Numbered from the stretch's first letter, positions 34,693-44,547 are shown. The stretch is DNA of 57,256 nt from an uncultured Candidatus Bathyarchaeia archaeon (GCA_964598945.1 CAZRDQ010000001.1:1-57256); one strand, 5' to 3'. Notes: generated by a model from the sequence alone, not told the origin. Program-made: numbers and translations.

Positions 34693-35433
34693 GTGAATAA
34701 CTTGAACAAGAAGACCGCTGGTCTCGTCCTCGCAGTCTCAATCCTTATCTTCTCCATAACAGCCTACGTGCTGCTGCTATGGCCCAGCAGCAGGCCGACA
34801 GACCGCGTAGACTTGATGCCAGGCAACATAACGACAATGGCCTTGATGAAACCGAGAAGCGACAGCGACACTTCCGTTGAGGAAGCTTTGCTGAATCGGA
34901 GGTCTGCAAGGGATTACTTAGATGACGCCTTAACGCTTCAGGAGTTGTCTCAGCTTCTCTGGGCGGCACAAGGAGTGACTGCCCCTCAGGGCATGAGGAC
35001 AGCACCTTCTGCTGGAGGACTTTATCCTCTCGAGGTGTATGTCGCGGTGGGTAACGTAGAGGGCCTGAACCCAGGGATCTACAAATACGTTCCAAGTGCC
35101 CATTCCATTCAGACAGTCCTAGATGGCGATGTGAGAGGAGAGCTGGCTCAAGCCAGTCTAGGTCAGAGATGGGTTGAAAAGGCCGCTGCGGATATCGTCA
35201 TAGCAGCTGCCTACGAGAGGACCACTGCAAAGTACGGTGAGCGTGGTGTAAGATACGTACATATGGAGGCGGGTCACGCCGCTCAGAACCTCTGCCTGCA
35301 GGCGACCGCGTTGAGGCTTGGAGTAGTCACAGTGGGAGCCTTCGATGACGAAAGAGTCAGCGCAACACTCAATCTCCCTCAGAACCAGAAGCCGCTATAC
35401 GTAATACCTGTGGGAAGAATCGAGAAACCTTAG
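34693..35433 (+). CDS. SagB-type / nitroreductase-family flavoprotein with an N-terminal TM anchor
   Basis: RRSARDY, TAPSAGGLYPLEVYV, HMEAGHAAQNLCLQATALRLG and LYVIPVGR are family blocks. Confidence 0.7.
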   Translation: MNNLNKKTAGLVLAVSILIFSITAYVLLLWPSSRPTDRVDLMPGNITTMALMKPRSDSDTSVEEALLNRRSARDYLDDALTLQELSQLLWAAQGVTAPQGMRTAPSAGGLYPLEVYVAVGNVEGLNPGIYKYVPSAHSIQTVLDGDVRGELAQASLGQRWVEKAAADIVIAAAYERTTAKYGERGVRYVHMEAGHAAQNLCLQATALRLGVVTVGAFDDERVSATLNLPQNQKPLYVIPVGRIEKP

Positions 35434-35505
35434 TCGCCATGTCCAGACCATCAAAATTAGACAGCTTACCTATTCTCGTGGAAAGAGAGAGTGATCGCAA
35501 ACGGC

Positions 35506-35961
35506 TCAGATTAGGATGTAACCTTTCCTCTCTACCTCTGCGAGCAGTGGCTTGAGCCGCTCATGCTTGTCAACAAGATCTTGTGGAGCCACCATGTTGT
35601 TTCTGAAGAGATAATCGAGGATCGCATCGCCGAGAGAGTCAAGGGCTAGCATGGAGCAGTGGATCTTCGGTTCCGGCAGCCCACCTAGAACATTGAGGAT
35701 GTCTTCCTTTGTTATACTAAGAGCTTCGCTGACAGTCTTGTTCTTGACAAGTTCGGTCAGTACGCTGCCGCACGCCACAGATGCGACACAACCTTGGGTC
35801 TTGTATTTTGCGTCTACTATCTTGCCTTCAGCGACCTTTATCCAGAATTTGGTAATGTCACCGCAGAAATCACTCATATAGATTCCTATGCCATCTGCGT
35901 CCTTGATCTCGCCGACGTTTCTTGGATTTCGGTAGTGTTCAAAGACTCTCTCGTTGTACAT
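35506..35961 (-). CDS. IscU/NifU-like Fe-S cluster scaffold
   Basis: HYRNPRNVGEI, FCGD, KTQGCVASVA and IHCSMLA carry the three scaffold Cys. Confidence 0.8.
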   Translation of the reverse strand: MYNERVFEHYRNPRNVGEIKDADGIGIYMSDFCGDITKFWIKVAEGKIVDAKYKTQGCVASVACGSVLTELVKNKTVSEALSITKEDILNVLGGLPEPKIHCSMLALDSLGDAILDYLFRNNMVAPQDLVDKHERLKPLLAEVERKGYILI

Positions 35962-36083
35962 GGTCAGACGAGAATTGGCAGGATCTGCTAAATAGTCTTG
36001 CTCTTGTTAGCGCGCGCGCTGACGTTTTTTGGGTGTGAGACGCTTGCTATCAACATCAGAGCGCCAAGTCATCTCATGTACCT

Positions 36084-36611
36084 TTAAGGACCCTCTTCAA
36101 AGATAGCTTCTCTTATCTTTCTGTTCATCTCTCTGATAGCTTCCTGTATCTTGTCGATCTTCCTGCGGCTCAAGTAGGGGTAGTTCAAGAACAGTAATCT
36201 GTTTGTTTCCAGGATGTCCTTGCGCAGTACAAACCTCCCTAGATGGTTTCGATTTGCCTCGATCCTTCTTACGATTGCGTGATTGTTCTCAAGGTGTTTT
36301 ATTCCTTCCTCAGTGATTGAGTAGATTTTCTTGCCGTTCTCTTCAGTCACTTTGACATACTCCATGTCCTGCAACAGCTGGAGGGTCGGGTAGATGACGC
36401 CAGCGCTGGGTTGATACTGAAATTCTTCACAGATTGACTTCATCAGACCGTATCCGTGCATGGGTCTCCTGCGAAGTAACAGCAGCACCAAGAGCCTGAG
36501 GTCTCCTCTTTCAAGCAAGCTCCTTGCGCCAGTGAACGGAAAGACGGTGCCAATGGGTTGTCGGCGGTACATATGATCAGGAGATATATCTTTAGACATA
36601 TTGTTAAACAT
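36084..36611 (-). CDS. PadR-family transcriptional regulator
   Basis: LLLLRRRPMHGYGLMKSI....AGVIYPTLQLLQDMEYV......KKIYSITEEG. The real start is probably an internal Met. Confidence 0.75.
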   Translation of the reverse strand: MFNNMSKDISPDHMYRRQPIGTVFPFTGARSLLERGDLRLLVLLLLRRRPMHGYGLMKSICEEFQYQPSAGVIYPTLQLLQDMEYVKVTEENGKKIYSITEEGIKHLENNHAIVRRIEANRNHLGRFVLRKDILETNRLLFLNYPYLSRRKIDKIQEAIREMNRKIREAIFEEGP

Positions 36612-36754
36612 GTCTAAAGATGTATGCTTATGCAGCGCACAGGTTGACTTCAGCCAGGTGCTCGTTTCTCGCTAGCTGAGGCATTCAACACATCCCACAT
36701 ACCAGGGGGAACGAGGATGAGGCCATATTGCGAGCTGTTAGAAAGAGTGGTAGC

Positions 36755-37054
36755 CTAGAGCTTGATGATCTGCACGTGTGGAACTCCTGCTATGTAGATG
36801 ACTGCTGCAGGATCGACTAGATGGCTATCAATAGCCGCCTTCACGGATTTCTTTCCAACTAGGTTTCCAGTGTCGGCTTTTGACAGGGCCTCCACAGCCT
36901 CATTTACAGTGGCAAGCTGCCCCTCATAGAATCTGCTTGAGACCTCCAGCTTCAGCGCACCCTCTCGCAAGGTCTTGCCTATCAAATCGCTGTCGCAGAC
37001 TGTCACGAGGGTCTGCTTGTCTTTCATGTGTTCTTTGAGATAGATCATGCCCAA
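36755..37054 (-). CDS. DUF424-family archaeal protein
   Basis: 99 aa with LVTVCDSDLIGK..L.VS..FYEG and IAGVPHVQIIK matching the DUF424 pattern. It is adjacent to aIF-2beta. Confidence 0.6.
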   Translation of the reverse strand: MGMIYLKEHMKDKQTLVTVCDSDLIGKTLREGALKLEVSSRFYEGQLATVNEAVEALSKADTGNLVGKKSVKAAIDSHLVDPAAVIYIAGVPHVQIIKL

Positions 37055-37065
37055 GGTGTGACTCT

Positions 37066-37479
37066 CTAGATTGATCTAACGGGAGATTTCGCGCCGCACG
37101 CCTCACAGGTCAGTGCGCCGAATCGGCCGGACTTTTCGATCTTTGTGTCTGGTCGTTTGCAGATCGGACAGATGACGTATCTTGTTACGTAGATGTGTAT
37201 GAGTTGCTCGATCGAGTTCTTGGGGAAACTTCCATGGAAGAAGACCCTCTGGCCATCATATGTCCCCGCTGTCGCCATCTCCTTCGAGAGAAACTTGAGG
37301 ATGTGGTGTGGGTCTCTGTTCAGTCTTCCTGCAATGTCTGCGAAATTGGAGATCATCGTCCTTGACTTTCCAAAGACCATTATCTCAGGTTTGGGCTCCT
37401 CGAAACGCTCTCCGCTCACTGCTCTCTTAGGAACCTTCTCCAATGCCTTGTCAAGAGCTCTCAGATACCTCTCAGCCAT
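37066..37479 (-). CDS. eif2b: Translation initiation factor aIF-2 beta subunit
   Basis: NFADIAGRLNRDPHHILKFLSKEMATAG and the C4 ribbon YVICPICKRPDT...CEACG. Confidence 0.9.
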   Translation of the reverse strand: MAERYLRALDKALEKVPKRAVSGERFEEPKPEIMVFGKSRTMISNFADIAGRLNRDPHHILKFLSKEMATAGTYDGQRVFFHGSFPKNSIEQLIHIYVTRYVICPICKRPDTKIEKSGRFGALTCEACGAKSPVRSI

Positions 37480-37642
37480 AGATCAACCCGGTTGCCTACA
37501 ACAGATGAACTGTGCGCGGTATTTAAGTTGAAATCCAAATGGGAAGAAGCTAGACTGTCCTTTCTCTTAGGTCAGAGAATCTTTTAATCGCCAAGCAGTC
37601 TTCTCTTATTCTCTCTGCCGAGGTCCAGCCGGAGGTCTCGCC

Positions 37643-39322
37643 GTGGGCAAGTGGATAGTGAACGCAGCATGGCCGTACGTGAATTCGGTTCCTCATCTGG
37701 GAACCTTCATCCACCTTCTTTCGGCAGACATCTTCACCAGATACCTTCGCTTAAGAGGCGAGGATGTGATTGCGGTAACGGGCTCGGATGAGCACGGTAC
37801 ACCCATAGAGGTGGAAGCGCTCAGGCAAGGAATAGAGCCAAAACAGCTCACAGATCGCTACCACAACGTGATACTCGACCTCCTTGAGAAGTATCACATA
37901 TCATTCGACAACTACACCAGGACAGAGACCCCGACCCACATTAAGTTCACACAGTCTTTCTACACGAAGCTGTATGACAACGGATATGTCTCCAAGAAGA
38001 CGGTTGAACTTCCCAACTGCGAGAAATGTGGCAGATTTCTGCCAGATCGATTTGTTGAAGGAACGTGCCCACACTGCGGATATGAGGGTGCTCGAGGAGA
38101 CCAGTGCGAGAACTGCGGGAGGGTCCTAGACCCAACAGAGCTCGTGAACCCCCGATGTGTATTCTGTGGCTCAACACCGACTATCAAACCCTCCGTACAC
38201 TGGTTCTTCGACCTCCCAAGATTCGAGGACGACATCCAGAGATACCTCAGCGGGAACAGGCAGCTTCCAGACAATGCCAGGAACTTCTCCTTAAGATGGC
38301 TCAAGGAAGGCCTCAAACCCAGAGCGCTAACACGTGACAACAAGTGGGGAGTTCCCTCCCCATTCCCAGGATCAGAGGGAAAGACTATCTACGTCTGGAT
38401 GGAAGCAGTACTAGGCTATATCTCAGCCTCCGTTGAGCTAGGCGAGAAGAAAAGCGACCTCGACCTGTGGAAGAGATACTGGTGGAGCAAAGAGACCAAG
38501 AACGTTCATTTCATTGGCAAGGACAACATACCGTTTCACACAATAATCTTGCCCGCGCTACTGATGGCAACTCATGAGAACTATATCTTACCGTGGCAGG
38601 TATCGTCCACAGAGTTCATTCTATATGAAGGACAGGGGAAGTTCTCCAAGAGCCGTCGGATAGGAGTCTGGATGGATGATGCTCTCAAGATAGCCGAGCC
38701 AGAGTACTGGAGATACGTCCTTGCATGCATCAGGCCCGAGGCCAAGGACACCAACTTCACATGGAGAGAGTTTGAAAGACGCATAAACACGGAACTCAAT
38801 GATATACTCGGCAACTTCATCCACAGAACTCTGACCTTCATTAAGTCCAACTTCGATAGCCAGATTCCAGAGGCCAGCAACTATTCCGAGGCAGACAAGA
38901 AACTCATCGAGAAGATAAAGGAGGCCCCCTCAACCGTGAGCAAGTTGATGGAACAGTTCAGATTGAGAGATGCCTTGGCTGCTGTGATCGAGCTGGCTAG
39001 ATCGGGGAACGAGTACCTGAGTGAGAGCGAGCCTTGGCACTCGATCAAGAAGAGCAGGCAGGAGGCCGCCAACGTGATCAGCCTATGCTGCCAACTGGTC
39101 CGCTCGCTTGCTATCCTACTCTACCCATTCATACCCAACACTTCCAAGATGACTTGGGCGGAACTGGCTGCCGACGGCGAGGTCGAGGAGCAGAGATGGG
39201 ATGATGCAGGAAAGCTTCTTCTCGAACCTAACCTCAGGATCGGTGAGCCCAAACCTCTGTTTCACAAGGTCAGCGCGGAGCAGATAGCTAAGAGATGGGC
39301 GACAAACCCTCAGTCCAGCTGA
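37643..39322 (+). CDS. metG: Methionyl-tRNA synthetase
   Basis: PYVNSVPHLGT (HIGH-type motif), zinc knuckles CEKCG..CPHCG..CENCG..CVFCG, and KFSKSRR (KMSKS). Confidence 0.9.
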   Translation: MGKWIVNAAWPYVNSVPHLGTFIHLLSADIFTRYLRLRGEDVIAVTGSDEHGTPIEVEALRQGIEPKQLTDRYHNVILDLLEKYHISFDNYTRTETPTHIKFTQSFYTKLYDNGYVSKKTVELPNCEKCGRFLPDRFVEGTCPHCGYEGARGDQCENCGRVLDPTELVNPRCVFCGSTPTIKPSVHWFFDLPRFEDDIQRYLSGNRQLPDNARNFSLRWLKEGLKPRALTRDNKWGVPSPFPGSEGKTIYVWMEAVLGYISASVELGEKKSDLDLWKRYWWSKETKNVHFIGKDNIPFHTIILPALLMATHENYILPWQVSSTEFILYEGQGKFSKSRRIGVWMDDALKIAEPEYWRYVLACIRPEAKDTNFTWREFERRINTELNDILGNFIHRTLTFIKSNFDSQIPEASNYSEADKKLIEKIKEAPSTVSKLMEQFRLRDALAAVIELARSGNEYLSESEPWHSIKKSRQEAANVISLCCQLVRSLAILLYPFIPNTSKMTWAELAADGEVEEQRWDDAGKLLLEPNLRIGEPKPLFHKVSAEQIAKRWATNPQSS

Positions 39323-39327
39323 AAGAA

Positions 39328-39963
39328 ATGTTGCTGAAGATAGACATTCACATCCATACATCAATGTCGCCAGACGCATCCGTCTCCATCGAAGAGATCC
39401 CTCAAATATTGAGGATGAAGCGGCTTGATGGCGTCGCGGTCACAGATCACGACAGATTCTTCAACAAAGAGATCGAGGGCACAGTCATAATCCCTGGGAT
39501 CGAGGTTAGTACCCGACAGGGGCATCTGCTAGGCCTTGGGAACGTGGGAGAGATCACTCCAGGGCTGTCTGTTGATGAGACTATCAGGATAATCCACAGC
39601 AAAGATGGGGTCGCGATACTAGCCCATCCATTTGATGTGATTCGAGGCGGCATAAGACCAGCTCAGGTGACAGAGCCGCTTGACGGTATCGAGACGATCA
39701 ACTCAAAGGCTCATCCGTTCCGGCTTTCAAAGTACCTTGCGGAGAAGACCGCAAGAAGACTCGGCATCCCGACTCTTGGGGGCAGCGACTCACACATCCC
39801 GGAGACGATTGGTGATGCCTACACATGCATTGAGACACGATCGGCATCAGTGGAGGATGTCCTCGATGCTATAAGACATGGGAGCGCGAATGCACAGGGC
39901 GGCCCATCAGGAGGCATGGATGAGCTGAGACGCGTCAAGAGGAAGATAGGCCGGGGATTCTAG
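39328..39963 (+). CDS. PHP-domain metal-dependent phosphoesterase
   Basis: IDIHIHTSMSPDA, VAVTDHD, AHPFD and GGSDSH are PHP motifs. The start was moved to ATG 39328, just after the metG stop. Confidence 0.75.
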   Translation: MLLKIDIHIHTSMSPDASVSIEEIPQILRMKRLDGVAVTDHDRFFNKEIEGTVIIPGIEVSTRQGHLLGLGNVGEITPGLSVDETIRIIHSKDGVAILAHPFDVIRGGIRPAQVTEPLDGIETINSKAHPFRLSKYLAEKTARRLGIPTLGGSDSHIPETIGDAYTCIETRSASVEDVLDAIRHGSANAQGGPSGGMDELRRVKRKIGRGF

Positions 39964-41221
39964 GCCGGCAGTGGCTTGGCCGAAGCGGTTTGGAGCATAT
40001 CACGTCGCAGTCCAGGTACCGCAGATTCGCATTCGTTACTCGCACTCTGAGCTTTCTGCCGAGGTACTCTCTTTTTCTTATCAATATCTTCTTGTAGTTG
40101 TGTGTTCTACCGAAGATGCTACCGCACTTACTCACTTCAATCGCGAAGACCTCTTCGCGGCAACCCGCCATTCTTGCATTCTGCTCGAAGATTATTCTCG
40201 AGGCGACCTCGGCAAGGCTGCGTGACCTTGATGAGATGACTTTCCCATCCAGCTGCTTCATCTTCGAGGCCAAGGTTCCTGGTCTGGGCGCATATTTCGA
40301 TATGTTTATGACATCAGGACTGACGCTCCCGGAAAACCTGCGATAACTCCTGTGGCAATGGAGATGGTTGGAAACCTTGACCGGAAAAGACTGACAATGG
40401 AGGTGAAGCCCCAGACAGTGTACCTTCTGCTCATCGATTCCAGAATCATATCAGAACCTGACCGCGCAGGCAGATGCAAGAACTTGTAGATCTTTGGTTC
40501 TTGATAGACTTCCGCAAGGTCTTCCATGATTCCGCGTGTCTGATCGGGATTCATCACCCCTACCCGGACTTGATCTCCTTCAACACTCACTACATCTCGA
40601 AGAAGGTCGGCCAAGACTAGACCATTTGCGTGGTAGCTTGCCGTGTCCTGAGCGGTAATTTGAATCTCAACGGCGCCTTCAGCGACAGACTTCCTAGCTT
40701 GCTCAAGGATACCTTTTGGAGAGTAGGAGAACAGCCTGCCTCGCGCAAATCTTGTACAGCAGTATGCACATGCTCCTGGGCAGCCTCCTGAGATTGGCAC
40801 AGCCTCTATGAAGTGATTGAGTCTCCTTCGGGGAAGTGTTGTCTTGTCCGTAGGGAGTTCCGAGAACTTGACTAGTCGTCGTTTCCCCTGCAGGCTTTCT
40901 TCTGCGGCCTCCTGTACCTTATTGACCGAGTCTGGATCAAGGATCACAGAGTATTATGGAATGACTCTATTGATGCCAGAGAGATCTATTCTTGGTAGAC
41001 ATCCGGCGATCATGATCGGTTTACGGTAGGTACCCAACCTGCAGAGCCTTTCGAGCATCCTGTCTTCCGTTGTCTTCTTTGCAGCACAGAGGTTGATCAA
41101 TAGTAAAGATGCTACTTGCGGATCACTCACCTCACAATATCCGACTGCCCCAGAATAGCAAGCATTTTCTCTGTATCGCTACGATTAGCGGTACAGCCGT
41201 AGATCTCATAGTAGACAAGTT
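39935..41221 (-). pseudogene. Disrupted MiaB/CDKAL1-like radical-SAM methylthiotransferase (UPF0004 + radical SAM + TRAM)
   Basis: The pieces are VYYEIYGCTANRSDTEKML (N-domain), SDPQVASLLLINLCAAKKTTEDRML in a shifted frame, an in-frame TAA at 40954-56, GGCPGACAYCC (CxxxCxxC), GFPG followed by a frameshift and about 13 missing aa, then YAPRPGTLASKM and the TRAM tail. No start codon precedes VYYEIYGC. Confidence 0.8.
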
Positions 41222-41269
41222 CTGTACCGTCTATACTCCTGTTCCGTAGCCAGCAATTCGATGCGTTTC

Positions 41270-41650
41270 TCATTTGCGAATTGAGGCTTCTCCAAGTGGA
41301 CTCTTCAAGACGCAAAAGCGAGGTCTCGTGTAGTCGTCTTCTGTTGGCGTACCCCCACCGACAGGCGGGATAATGGCAAAGGCGCACCCTTCATGGAGAA
41401 CCGTTCGTGCTCCATCCATCATAACGATGCTCTTCCCGTCGATAAGGAAGTTCAGGTGGGGTGAAAGTTCTCCGGTGTCTTTGGAGAAGATGTATTCCCT
41501 GAGAGGTTCGCCGTACTTCTGGGACAGGATGTGAAGGAAGTCTCGTGCAGTGGTCTGGTCAGGCACTTCAAAATCCTCTTCGTTCCTCCCAACGATCTCT
41601 CTTACGGCAGCGAAGTATCGTGCCTTGACCTTCATGCAAGCACCTGACAA
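41270..41650 (-). CDS. MoaD/ThiS-family ubiquitin-like sulfur-carrier / SAMP-like protein that reads 26 codons past its Gly-Gly
   Basis: MKVKARYFAAVREIVG...FAIIPPVGGG is the beta-grasp MoaD pattern. The ORF then continues TPTEDDYTRPRFCVLKSPLGEASIRK. The likely start is Met-6 (41635). Confidence 0.7.
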   Translation of the reverse strand: MSGACMKVKARYFAAVREIVGRNEEDFEVPDQTTARDFLHILSQKYGEPLREYIFSKDTGELSPHLNFLIDGKSIVMMDGARTVLHEGCAFAIIPPVGGGTPTEDDYTRPRFCVLKSPLGEASIRK

Positions 41651-41775
41651 GGACCTTGTGTTCTAGATGTCTGACTAATCGATCTAATAAACGTAGGTGC
41701 CTGCCCTCAGATTGATCGCCTATGGATATCAAAGATCTTAAGGATGAAGGCAGTGAAGAGTTGTAGGGGTCATCA

Positions 41776-42579
41776 TTGCCAGTCGTAGACTCTACAGTAG
41801 ACCCGACAGCAGTAGTCGGCAAATTGGTGAAGATCGGTAAAGGGTGCTTCATTGGCCCCAGAGTTCAAGTGACAGGCCCAGCCAATCTTGGGGATTTCGT
41901 ACGGCTCGACTCTGACATAACAGTCTTTGGGGACGTCACAATTGGAGAGTCCACCTACATCGGAAAGGGATGCATCATCGGCCACCCAAGGAGGCAGGAT
42001 CTCAAGCGATTGACTAAAGGTGAGGCGACAGAAAGCACAGAATCGGGTCGCACGGTTCTTGGCAAGAGATGCATTGTAAGGTCAGGCTCAATACTGTACA
42101 CTGACGTCTCCATAGGCGACGATGTAGAGTTCGGTCATAACGTTGTGCTACGTGAGGATGTCTGTGTAGGAAACCACGCCTTGGTTGGAACCAATGTTGT
42201 GATTGACGGCGAGACCTTGGTTGGAAGAGGCGTATCGATTCAGACTGGGGTTTACCTTTGCAGAAGATCAAAGGTGGAGGACTTTGTCTTTCTGGGACCT
42301 TGCTGTGTCTTCACCAATGATAGATATGCGATGCAGCATGAAACAAAGCTCCAGGGCCCGACTGTTAAGAGTGGAGCGAGCGTAGGCGCCAACTCTGTAC
42401 TCATGCCTGGTGTGATTGTTGGTGAGGGAGCCGTCATAGGAGCTCAAGCCGTAGTGACAGATGACGTGCCAGCAGGCACGATCTCCCTTGGGGTTCCAGC
42501 ACGTCAAGTGAAGAAAGTTCCAAAAGGCTGGAGACCCTTGCTGAAGGAACGCTACATGAAGAGCTCAGCCAGCCGTTAA
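41776..42579 (+). CDS. Left-handed beta-helix (hexapeptide-repeat) acyl/acetyltransferase
   Basis: Repeated [LIV]-G-x4 hexads run throughout (IGKGCFIGPRVQV, IGESTYIGKGCIIG, VGRGVSIQTGV, VGANSVLMPGVIVGEGAVIGAQAVV). Confidence 0.7.
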   Translation: MPVVDSTVDPTAVVGKLVKIGKGCFIGPRVQVTGPANLGDFVRLDSDITVFGDVTIGESTYIGKGCIIGHPRRQDLKRLTKGEATESTESGRTVLGKRCIVRSGSILYTDVSIGDDVEFGHNVVLREDVCVGNHALVGTNVVIDGETLVGRGVSIQTGVYLCRRSKVEDFVFLGPCCVFTNDRYAMQHETKLQGPTVKSGASVGANSVLMPGVIVGEGAVIGAQAVVTDDVPAGTISLGVPARQVKKVPKGWRPLLKERYMKSSASR

Positions 42580-42611
42580 CCCATTCAGTCTGTAACGATC
42601 CTGTCTAGTTA

Positions 42612-42998
42612 TCAGGCTTTCTCTACTCTGATCTTCTCGCCGTCTCTGGCCTTCTTGAAGACGGTTGCATCACCAATGATTCTTCCAAAGACGTTGACCG
42701 CGCTGGCGGCCACAGGCTTGCTGCCACTGCTGGCAGGTGTTCTCCCGAAGAATATGCAGAAACAACTGCCCGCTGGCCAATAAGCGCAATCTCCAACCTC
42801 AACTTCGCGTTGTGTCTTTTCCTCATCGACATCGACAGGGATGCTGAAGTAGACTTCCTCGCCCCAGGTACTCACGCTGGATTCGAAAGGAAGACTATCG
42901 ATTATTGCCTTCGCCGTCCTCGGGTTCTTCTGCTCAAGAATCTCAGCTCCGACATGGCCGGTACTTGCTGTGTGTATCCTTATCTTTGTGGGCATCAT
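42612..42998 (-). CDS. Cyclophilin-like-fold protein (TM1367 / Cyclophil_like family)
   Basis: NPRTAKAIIDSLPFES.VSTWGEEVYFSIP....VEVGDCAYWPAGSCFCIFFG....VNVFGRI. Confidence 0.65.
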   Translation of the reverse strand: MMPTKIRIHTASTGHVGAEILEQKNPRTAKAIIDSLPFESSVSTWGEEVYFSIPVDVDEEKTQREVEVGDCAYWPAGSCFCIFFGRTPASSGSKPVAASAVNVFGRIIGDATVFKKARDGEKIRVEKA

Positions 42999-43112
42999 CC
43001 TTCACTGAGCTGGAGTTTACTCTCAAGAATATAAGAGTATAACGCAAAGAGCACTGATAGACGCCTCTGGTAGGGAAGTATGTTGACCTGAGAGAAGCTT
43101 TTCAGATCGAAC

Positions 43113-43433
43113 TCATTTCTTCGCAGCGAGGTTCGGTCTAATTTCTACTACCATAGCGCTCTCTTTGTCTTGTCCTAGCATCTTCCACTTGGCTTTCACC
43201 AGTACGTCAAGATCCTTGTCGATCTTTGGTGACGCCTTGAAGACTGCCGTGGCTTCTCCTTTAGCGTCGGTCTTGACTTTGTCAGATTCCATTGAACCGG
43301 CATCTTTTGACTGGATCTCAAAAGAGATCTCAACATCTGGGAGAGGCTTCCCACTCTCATCCATCTGAATTGTGAATGTACTCTTTTCACCTGGAGCTAT
43401 TGTTCTGGGGTCTCTGGTCATGGACCAACCCAT
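43113..43433 (-). CDS. Small Ig-like (Big-type) domain protein, hypothetical
   Basis: FTIQMDESGKPLPDVEISFEIQS...KTDAKGEATAVFKAS is the invasin/Big-like strand pattern. No signal peptide is seen. Confidence 0.4.
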   Translation of the reverse strand: MGWSMTRDPRTIAPGEKSTFTIQMDESGKPLPDVEISFEIQSKDAGSMESDKVKTDAKGEATAVFKASPKIDKDLDVLVKAKWKMLGQDKESAMVVEIRPNLAAKK

Positions 43434-43869
43434 TCGGAACTCACCTCTGTTTTCCGGTTTTCTATTCTCGACAATATAAAAGGCCTTCCCTATGTTAGCT
43501 AAGATTCAGAGACATAAAAAAGAGGCGTCAACATTCGGAATGCTGACTTTGGATTCGCTACCAACACCAGTAAGGCGCGTACCAGTAGTATGGCACCGGA
43601 GCTGGATAGCAGTATGGTAAAGGATAGTAACATGTTGATGGTAGCATCCAGCCGTACGGCCAATATCCCCAGAAAGGATATTCGAACAACCTTGACCACC
43701 TACCAATTATAACGTAATCGGCGTATTTTTCAAGTTTTCTAAAACCATGAAACCATTGTAGACTTCTAACCGTTCAGTCTTCAAACACCTCAGCTAATAG
43801 CCAAGAAGCGATTGAGGAAGAACAGAAACCGCTAAGGGCATCCTCACCACATTACTTGGGAGGTCAACC

Positions 43870-44427
43870 ATGGTGGACTTCAGAAAACTCGACGACCACC
43901 ATCTCAGAAGGCTAGCTTCGGACTACCCTGAATCAGCAAGCTACCCCGGCGCTCTGGAACAGAAGATACTGATCATCTGGAATTATCTCAGTGAAAGGCC
44001 TCTAAGCTCCATAGAAGAATACGGCAGAGAAATGAAGGATAGTGCAAAGAAGGAGCTTGAGAGAAGGCTGGAGGAGGAACGTCGACGCAGAGCTGAGATC
44101 GAAGCCAAGGAAGCAAAGAGGCGGATCGCTCTAATCAAGAAACTGCAACGTTGGCTTGTTGGAATTGAGGATCCCATATCAGTCGCGGAAGAGACCGGTC
44201 ACTTACAATGGAAATGCCCCGTCTGCGGGAACAAGGCCAAGTTCGACCTCAAGGACTACATAGATGATGTGGCAAAGGGGAAGTCGGCTCTGATATCATG
44301 GTACTGCGCCGGAAAGAATGTTGTTGAGGGACCAAACCACTGGGGACTGACTAGAGAGATCAGACTCGTCCAAGGCGAGGAGATAAGCAGAAAGGTACTT
44401 GAAGAGAGAAGTAAAGCAAAAGCGTAG
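43870..44427 (+). CDS. Hypothetical protein with a charged coiled coil and a zinc-ribbon-like motif
   Basis: 185 aa with ELERRLEEERRRRAEIEAKEAKRR followed by WKCPVCGNK...WYCAG. No family recognised. Confidence 0.4.
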   Translation: MVDFRKLDDHHLRRLASDYPESASYPGALEQKILIIWNYLSERPLSSIEEYGREMKDSAKKELERRLEEERRRRAEIEAKEAKRRIALIKKLQRWLVGIEDPISVAEETGHLQWKCPVCGNKAKFDLKDYIDDVAKGKSALISWYCAGKNVVEGPNHWGLTREIRLVQGEEISRKVLEERSKAKA

Positions 44428-44547
44428 ACTTCGACGCGGAGCCCTTAGTGGCCAAACTGAAGCTATGACATCTAACAAGATATATTAGCAAGGTATTCCG
44501 TCTAAGCCTGCTAAATAGTGTCGCAATGAACCGAAAGTGATAGCACT

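Noticed and set aside
34693-35433. SagB-type dehydrogenase as a marker of a thiazole/oxazole RiPP cluster.
   Set aside because: No YcaO/cyclodehydratase, precursor peptide or transporter is adjacent. The neighbours are aIF-1A, IscU and PadR. It is more likely a stand-alone nitroreductase-family enzyme.
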